Assembly: GCA_003519375.1 (NCBI GenBank)
Contig: DOWV01000226.1
Location: 11,885 to 53,844, forward strand
Direction of reading: 5' to 3'
DNA from: Bacteroidota bacterium
Lineage (GTDB): Bacteria; Bacteroidota; Ignavibacteria; UBA10030
Length of the DNA: 41,960 nucleotides
Below are positions 37,968 through 41,960 of the stretch, one piece after another. The notes under the pieces are model-generated. The model was not told where the DNA came from. It saw only the letters and a program-made list of their open reading frames with translations, and did no database searches. How positions within the stretch are numbered: the first letter of the stretch is position 1; every line of letters begins with the position of its first letter. Made by a program: the position numbers and the translations under genes.

Positions 37968-38011
37968 GATCGTCAAGGCAACACAGGAGTATGATGAACG
38001 GAGGAAAAATC

Positions 38012-38167
38012 ATGAAGCGATTCACATTTCTTGGCGGATTTGTTCTACTGAGCACGGTGATCGCCCTGCCGTTCCTTCTGGCTTGCAGGAAATCGGCCGA
38101 GCGCGGAGAGAATGAGGAGAACATCCGCTACGACATCGATGAGTATATGGCGGCAGAGGGATTGTAG
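38012..38167 (+). CDS. small putative lipoprotein (51 aa), absent from the supplied ORF track because it is under 60 aa
   Basis: The ATG is preceded by GGAGGAAAAATC. It translates to MKRFTFLGGFVLLSTVIALPFLLAC|RKSAERGENEENIRYDIDEYMAAEGL. That is a positively charged N-terminus, a hydrophobic core, an L-L-A-C lipobox and an acidic mature peptide. Stop is TAG at 38165-38167. Confidence 0.55.
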   Translation: MKRFTFLGGFVLLSTVIALPFLLACRKSAERGENEENIRYDIDEYMAAEGL

Positions 38168-38173
38168 GATCGT

Positions 38174-38503
38174 TCACGGCAGACGTGAAAAGATGTACGC
38201 GAGAATGATCTCGGCGTCTTCCACCGGGTTCACCGATCGTGAAAGAAAGTCAGGTGTCAGCCTCGCCTGTAATCTGTCCGCCGCTTCACGCGCGGGCGCA
38301 GGCACCGCTGGATCAACCGCAAGCGATCGAAGCTGTACGATGAAATCCCTTCCGTAGGTTGTTCCGGGAAATCTCCTCTGAAGCTCCTCCAAAGCAAGTC
38401 CAACCGCCCTCCGCGCAGACGTCCGGGCTTTTCCGCCATTCCCCTGCCGTTGCGCTTCCCGCGCTTGCTGCATCTCGAGTTGTACACTCTCCGTCCACTT
38501 CAT
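38174..38503 (-). CDS. hypothetical helical protein (109 aa), no recognisable family
   Basis: ORF on the same strand as, and downstream of, the glycosylase gene. I prefer the start at internal Met19 (MKWTESV...). The protein is Ala/Arg/Gln-rich and predicted helical, with no motif I can name. Confidence 0.45.
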   Translation of the reverse strand: MKWTESVQLEMQQAREAQRQGNGGKARTSARRAVGLALEELQRRFPGTTYGRDFIVQLRSLAVDPAVPAPAREAADRLQARLTPDFLSRSVNPVEDAEIILAYIFSRLP

Positions 38504-38665
38504 GGCACTGCCCGACGAGCTTTCTTGACTTGTGCGGCAAACCGCTCCTGTTTCCATAAACGAACGAATGCAGCACCTCCGCGCCCGCGCTCAAACTTCC
38601 CGATCTGAAATTCGAGAGAGCGAAATCGCTGCTGGTTGACCTCGTTCACACGCGTCGGGGATACT

Positions 38666-39586
38666 TCAGAACGGAAATTTCCGGTCATACCATTCGCGCG
38701 TCATTTCCAGCCAGAAAAAAAGCCCCTTCCATTTTCCAAATGAAGCGTAGTGCCTCTCGATCGTTTTGTCGCTCACCCGCCGCCCCTTCTTGTGAAGTTC
38801 ATAGAACTTCGCCCGGACCCATGAATCGAGTCCCAGATAGTCATATCGACCGAGAAGTTTCAGGATATTGCCCGCAGCATAAGTCCCCATTCCTTTTACC
38901 GACCTTGCCTCTTCAAAAAGCTCTTCCGAGGAGAGCGTTGAAGACCGCCAATGTTCGATCTTCAGATCTCCCTCAGCAATACGGGTGGCCAGCTCAAGCA
39001 GGTAGGGTGAGCGATAACCCGTGCGGATGTGCGTCCTGAGATACTTCTCTGTGACCTGTGCCAGGGCCTGGGGCGAAGGGAATGATCGCACTCCGTTGTC
39101 AAAGGGTGTTCCGAGATTTCTGACAAGATTCCCCACCATCGATTCAGTGAGAGCCCAGCTGCAGTTCGTCGTGCAGATCATTTTCACGACGTCTTCAAAC
39201 ACCGTCGGCGCCCGGAGCAACCGGCCGGCACGTTGCCTGGCGATCCAGCGATAGTGCGGGCGGCGGCGAGCTTCCGTGTAGAATTCGGACAGATCTTCAT
39301 CGAGCCTCAGACACTCCGTGAGCTGCCTCCGGACTTCATCTTTCTCTGCTTTCGTAATCTTTCCGGCAGATTTCAGTTCCGCTGTGAGGTTCGACGACCG
39401 CCGGTGAAGAGAACACCTGACCAACGTTCCATTCTGTAACTCGAGAAGCCTGCCGAGGCGTTGTTCGCTTTTATCGACATCAAATGGAACGAGCGCGCAC
39501 CAGCCGTGGCTGTTCACGGTCTGCCAGAAACCGAACTGGCCTCCAAGCGGAATATGAAGAGTCGTGCTTATCATGTCCAGTCGCAT
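38666..39586 (-). CDS. HhH-GPD superfamily DNA glycosylase (OGG1/AlkA-like)
   Basis: OGG-type N-terminal pattern L.IPLGGQFGFW and a helix-hairpin-helix plus Gly/Pro-rich loop (VKGMGTYAAGNILKLLG). A conserved Asp follows (LGLDSW). The start is ambiguous (ATG at 39586 or 39574). The listed start at 39634 lies inside the upstream repeat cluster. Confidence 0.75.
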   Translation of the reverse strand: MRLDMISTTLHIPLGGQFGFWQTVNSHGWCALVPFDVDKSEQRLGRLLELQNGTLVRCSLHRRSSNLTAELKSAGKITKAEKDEVRRQLTECLRLDEDLSEFYTEARRRPHYRWIARQRAGRLLRAPTVFEDVVKMICTTNCSWALTESMVGNLVRNLGTPFDNGVRSFPSPQALAQVTEKYLRTHIRTGYRSPYLLELATRIAEGDLKIEHWRSSTLSSEELFEEARSVKGMGTYAAGNILKLLGRYDYLGLDSWVRAKFYELHKKGRRVSDKTIERHYASFGKWKGLFFWLEMTREWYDRKFPF

Positions 39587-39600
39587 TGAAAGAAGTGTCA

Positions 39601-39686
39601 CACAGATGTCCACAGAGAATGCACGAAGGTCCACAGAGAATGAGTTTTCTGTGGATCTCTCTTTTCTATCTCCGTGGAACTCTGTG
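39601..39686. repeat. cluster of five CACAGA(G) boxes: 14-nt direct repeat GTCCACAGAGAATG x2 (39608-39621, 39629-39642) and inverted repeat TCCACAGA-N10-TCTGTGGA (39630-39655)
   Basis: Read directly from the sequence. The direct repeats are exactly 21 bp apart. The inverted repeat has perfect 8-bp arms. A further inverted copy, CTCTGTG, lies at 39680-39686. Confidence 0.8.
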
Positions 39687-39714
39687 TTACAACTCGGGCC
39701 GCAGGAACGCGGTT

Positions 39715-39743
39715 AATATAAAGACCGAGGCAGGCAAAAGCAA
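39715..39743 (-). promoter_or_regulatory. possible sigma70-like promoter of the glycosylase gene (TTGCTT-N17-TATATT)
   Basis: The reverse complement reads ctTTGCTTttgcctgcctcggtcttTATATTaa. It has the same -10 hexamer and spacing as three other predicted promoters in the window. It would put the CACAGA boxes in the transcribed leader. Confidence 0.35.
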
Positions 39744-39825
39744 AGCGGACGCTCCAGCGGAGTCGAGCAAAAGTCGGCAAATGTTGGTAGATTCTTTTCA
39801 CTGTTAACGAAAACTCTGTCTTCTT

Positions 39826-40779
39826 ATGCAAACCACTGCGGCGATCGAAGTCAACAACCTCGTAAAGGTTTACACGAGGAAGAACCAGCCCCCTGTGCGT
39901 GCTGTCGATGGATTGTCATTCACCGTGCAACGCGGCGAGATCTTTGGGCTCCTCGGCCCAAACGGGGCAGGAAAGACGACGACGATCAAGATTCTGACCA
40001 CGCTTCTCGCGCCGACAGAAGGAACAGCCCGCGTGTCCGGATGTGATGTTGTGCGCGATCCTCTCGGCGTCCGGAAACAAATCTGTGTCGTTGTGCAGGA
40101 AAACGCTCTTGAGCTCCATCTTTCCGTGCGCAACAACTTCCGCGTTTTCGGCAGGTTTCACGGACTCTCAGCCCATGAAATCCAGCTCCGAATGGGGCGG
40201 ATATGCGAGTTGTTCAGTCTCACGGAGTTCCTCAATGCGAAGGGAATGGACTTAAGCGGAGGACTGAAGCGGAGGGTGCAGGTCGCAAAGACTTTCCTCA
40301 TCGACAAACCTGTGGTCTTTCTCGACGAAGCCACCACCGGGATGGACTCCATCAACAAACGTGCTACGATTCAAGCCATCAAGGAAGAGACGCGCAAAGG
40401 CCGAACGATCGTGCTCACGACGCATATCCTCGACGAGGCGGAAGTCCTCTGCGACCGGGTAGCCATCATGAACCACGGAAAACTGATCACTCTGGGGAGC
40501 ATTCATGAGGTCAAGGGTGCCGGCCTTCGACTCCTCTCCCTCACCCTGACAGTCAGAGAAGCAACACCATCGCTCCTTGAAACAATTCGCTCGTTTCAGC
40601 CGGTGAGTGTCGAAATACGGAATTCAGTCATAGAAGTCATCATGCGCGATGAGGAGGAAACACTGAGGCTCCTTGCAGCGGCGCGGAAGCAAAAGGGCTT
40701 CCTTCATTTCGAGATTACCTCGGCAAGCCTGGAGGATGTCTTCCTCCAACTGATCGATCACCAGACGGGCTCCAACTGA
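39826..40779 (+). CDS. ABC transporter ATP-binding protein (ABC-2/DrrA-like exporter subunit)
   Basis: Walker A GPNGAGKTT, signature LSGGLKRR, Walker B VVFLDEATTGMD and the H-loop TTH. Length is 317 aa. Confidence 0.9.
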   Translation: MQTTAAIEVNNLVKVYTRKNQPPVRAVDGLSFTVQRGEIFGLLGPNGAGKTTTIKILTTLLAPTEGTARVSGCDVVRDPLGVRKQICVVVQENALELHLSVRNNFRVFGRFHGLSAHEIQLRMGRICELFSLTEFLNAKGMDLSGGLKRRVQVAKTFLIDKPVVFLDEATTGMDSINKRATIQAIKEETRKGRTIVLTTHILDEAEVLCDRVAIMNHGKLITLGSIHEVKGAGLRLLSLTLTVREATPSLLETIRSFQPVSVEIRNSVIEVIMRDEEETLRLLAAARKQKGFLHFEITSASLEDVFLQLIDHQTGSN

Positions 40780-41540
40780 TGCGCGAGATTGTCGCCGTCG
40801 TTTACCGGGAATACCTGATCCAGACTACCAGCCTGATGTGGATATTCTTCGAGCTGGCCGTCCCCTTGTTGTATCTCCTCATGTTCGGTGTGGCCTTCGA
40901 CCGCGCGCTCGGCCAGGGGCTGATGGTAGAGAATCAATCCCTCGGATACAACTCCTTTTTCCTTGCCGGCGTCCTTGCGATGACCTGCTTCGGAAACGCC
41001 CTCAACCAGTCATATGGGTTTTTCGTCGACCGCGACAACGGAATCCTCTACGAATTCCTTACGTACCCCATGCGAAGATCCGAATTTCTTCTCGGGAAGG
41101 TCCTCTTTCAGTGCGGCATGACGGTTCTTCAGTCCGTGCTGACGGTCGGATTCAGCGTTCTCCTTCTCGGCGTTTCCGTTCCCTGGAGTGCCGCCCTGTT
41201 TATCGTCATCACGATGATCGCCGGAACCGCCGGTTGGTTCTTTTTCCTCTCGATTTTTGCGTTTACGATAAAACGCAACGACATCTACAACACGGTCATC
41301 AACGTGATCTATTTTCTCCTGATGTTTCTGAGCAGTGTGTTCTATCCGCTTGACCGCGTCCCCGGCTGGCTGCGCTCACTCTCGCTCCTGAACCCGCTGA
41401 CTTGGCACACCGACCTGCTGCGCTTCGAGACCGTGGGCGTCGGCACGTTGAGCGACGTGATGCTCGAAGCCGGGGCGTTTGTCGTGTTCTCAGTCCTGGC
41501 CTTTTGGCTGGCGGTGAGAAAGCTCCAACAAACCGGCTGA
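40779..41540 (+). CDS. ABC-2 type transporter permease
   Basis: About six hydrophobic helices in 253 aa. The start overlaps the ATPase stop (TGATG). Confidence 0.85.
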   Translation: MREIVAVVYREYLIQTTSLMWIFFELAVPLLYLLMFGVAFDRALGQGLMVENQSLGYNSFFLAGVLAMTCFGNALNQSYGFFVDRDNGILYEFLTYPMRRSEFLLGKVLFQCGMTVLQSVLTVGFSVLLLGVSVPWSAALFIVITMIAGTAGWFFFLSIFAFTIKRNDIYNTVINVIYFLLMFLSSVFYPLDRVPGWLRSLSLLNPLTWHTDLLRFETVGVGTLSDVMLEAGAFVVFSVLAFWLAVRKLQQTG

Positions 41541-41574
41541 TCACACTCCCAATCACCTCCGGGGGGAGCATCCT

Positions 41575-41960
41575 ATGAACAAGCTTGGCTTCGTCTACCA
41601 CCCTTTCTACCTGAACCACAACACGGGTCCCGGACATCCCGAAAAGTCTCAACGCCTCGAGACGCTCGTTCAACATCTCCTTGCCCTACCGCTCTGGGCA
41701 ACGATGTCTCATCTCCATCCGTCTGTGCCTTCGCTCGAATGGATCCACACCGTTCACCCCGAACGTTACACATCGATGATCAAAGTTCGTTGTCAGCACG
41801 GGGAACCTGTTCTCGACGGGGGCGACACGCGGGTCTCGAAGGAATCGTACGATGTTGCGCTCCTCGCCGCGGGCGGCGTCCTCCAGGCGATCGATGAACT
41901 CATGGCCGGCAATTTGACGCGGGCATTTTGTGCCGTCCGTCCGCCGGGTCATCACGCCGG
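41575..41960 (+). CDS. histone deacetylase-family (AcuC/APAH-like) deacetylase, N-terminal part (3' end lies outside the window)
   Basis: It is not in the ORF track because the frame runs off the window. It translates to MNKLGFVYHPFYLNHNTGPGHPEKSQRLE...FCAVRPPGHHA, which includes the diagnostic RPPGHHA motif. Confidence 0.85.
   Translation, partial: MNKLGFVYHPFYLNHNTGPGHPEKSQRLETLVQHLLALPLWATMSHLHPSVPSLEWIHTVHPERYTSMIKVRCQHGEPVLDGGDTRVSKESYDVALLAAGGVLQAIDELMAGNLTRAFCAVRPPGHHA

Noticed and set aside
37925-37990. Partial resemblance to a cobalamin riboswitch core (AAGAAGGGCGCTGATGGGAAATCCCGACGGCCC against AGGGAA..GGTG.AAATCC..GC.G.CCC), and a CUGAUG...GAC string reminiscent of a hammerhead core.
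   Set aside because: - There is no GCCACTG element, and no B12 box (AGYCMGGAGACCKGCC-like) before the ATG.
- Only ~45 nt remain downstream, which is too short for a cobalamin aptamer.
- The hammerhead core would need CUGAUGA and GAAA, and neither is present.
- I take the resemblance to be chance similarity within a GC-rich hairpin.
37583-38115. Four mutually overlapping ORFs in the crp / lipoprotein intergenic region (110, 105, 146 and 70 aa).
   Set aside because: - They overlap each other on both strands.
- They are low-complexity (Arg/Ser/Gly/Pro).
- Their internal 'repeats' (SDRGIG, SDLGIG) are just translations of the DNA palindromes.
- They have no Shine-Dalgarno sequences.
- I therefore treat the region as non-coding.
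39601-39700. A replication origin (oriC), suggested by the DnaA-box-like TCCACA repeats.
   Set aside because: - Only 7-of-9 matches to the DnaA box.
- No adjacent dnaA, dnaN or gidA.
- No clear AT-rich unwinding element.
- The region is only ~240 bp, between ordinary genes.
- I kept it only as a possible transcriptional DnaA or other operator array (see findings).
1-41960. A whole-window look for tRNA T-arm signatures (GGTTCGAATCC-like, on both strands), CRISPR-type regularly spaced repeats, long tandem repeats, transposase or integrase genes, and reverse-transcriptase or toxin-antitoxin pairs.
   Set aside because: None was seen by eye. Outside 37.6-38.0 kb and 39.6-39.7 kb, intergenic space is short and is accounted for by promoters, Shine-Dalgarno sites and terminators. 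A computational scan (tRNAscan-SE, Infernal, minced, ISEScan) would be needed to make this negative result definitive.

Overview
GC-rich bacterial chromosomal segment that is almost entirely coding. I support 40 protein genes, two of them cut by the window edges. I saw no rRNA, tRNA, CRISPR array, transposase, integrase or phage gene.

Lineage (inference only): a T9SS-type C-terminal sorting domain protein, a bacterial Pur-alpha/DUF3276 protein, a Bat-type aerotolerance membrane protein and an Omp85 protein point to the FCB superphylum. The promoters I can read are classical sigma70-like (TTGACT-N17-TATATT), not the Bacteroidia type.

Layout:
- 1-2.9 kb (+): Bat-like protein, hflX.
- 2.9-4.7 kb (-): MBL hydrolase, adenosine deaminase.
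- 5.0-8.0 kb (+): REC-histidine kinase, sigma54-type enhancer-binding response regulator, SixA.
- 8.2-19.5 kb (+): PF04008 protein, lipoprotein-type RidA, then a histidine-utilisation set (hutU, hutI, glutamate formimidoyltransferase, cyclodeaminase). This set is split by a 1164-aa hybrid kinase, a PanE-like reductase, a small Cys4 protein and a methyltransferase.
- 19.5-37.5 kb (-): one long housekeeping run: crp-family regulator, PHP phosphoesterase, ribH, T9SS beta-propeller protein, Pur-alpha-like protein, yceD-rpmF-plsX-fabH-fabD-fabG-acpP-fabF-rnc, gcvP, CoA-binding protein, Omp85 protein, rsmE.
- 37.5-42 kb: a ~0.5-kb non-coding structured region, an unlisted 51-aa lipoprotein ORF, an unknown 109-aa protein, an OGG/AlkA-like glycosylase, an ABC-2 exporter pair and a truncated HDAC-family gene.

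I could not identify a convincing new multi-gene system such as a defence island, RiPP cluster or mobile element.

The parts least explained by ordinary annotation are:
- the twin-palindrome, GATC-dense intergenic region at 37.6-38.0 kb;
- the CACAGA(G) box cluster at 39.60-39.69 kb;
- the split hut cluster with its translationally coupled kinase / reductase / Cys4 module.

All functional calls come from motif recognition by eye. No database search was possible.
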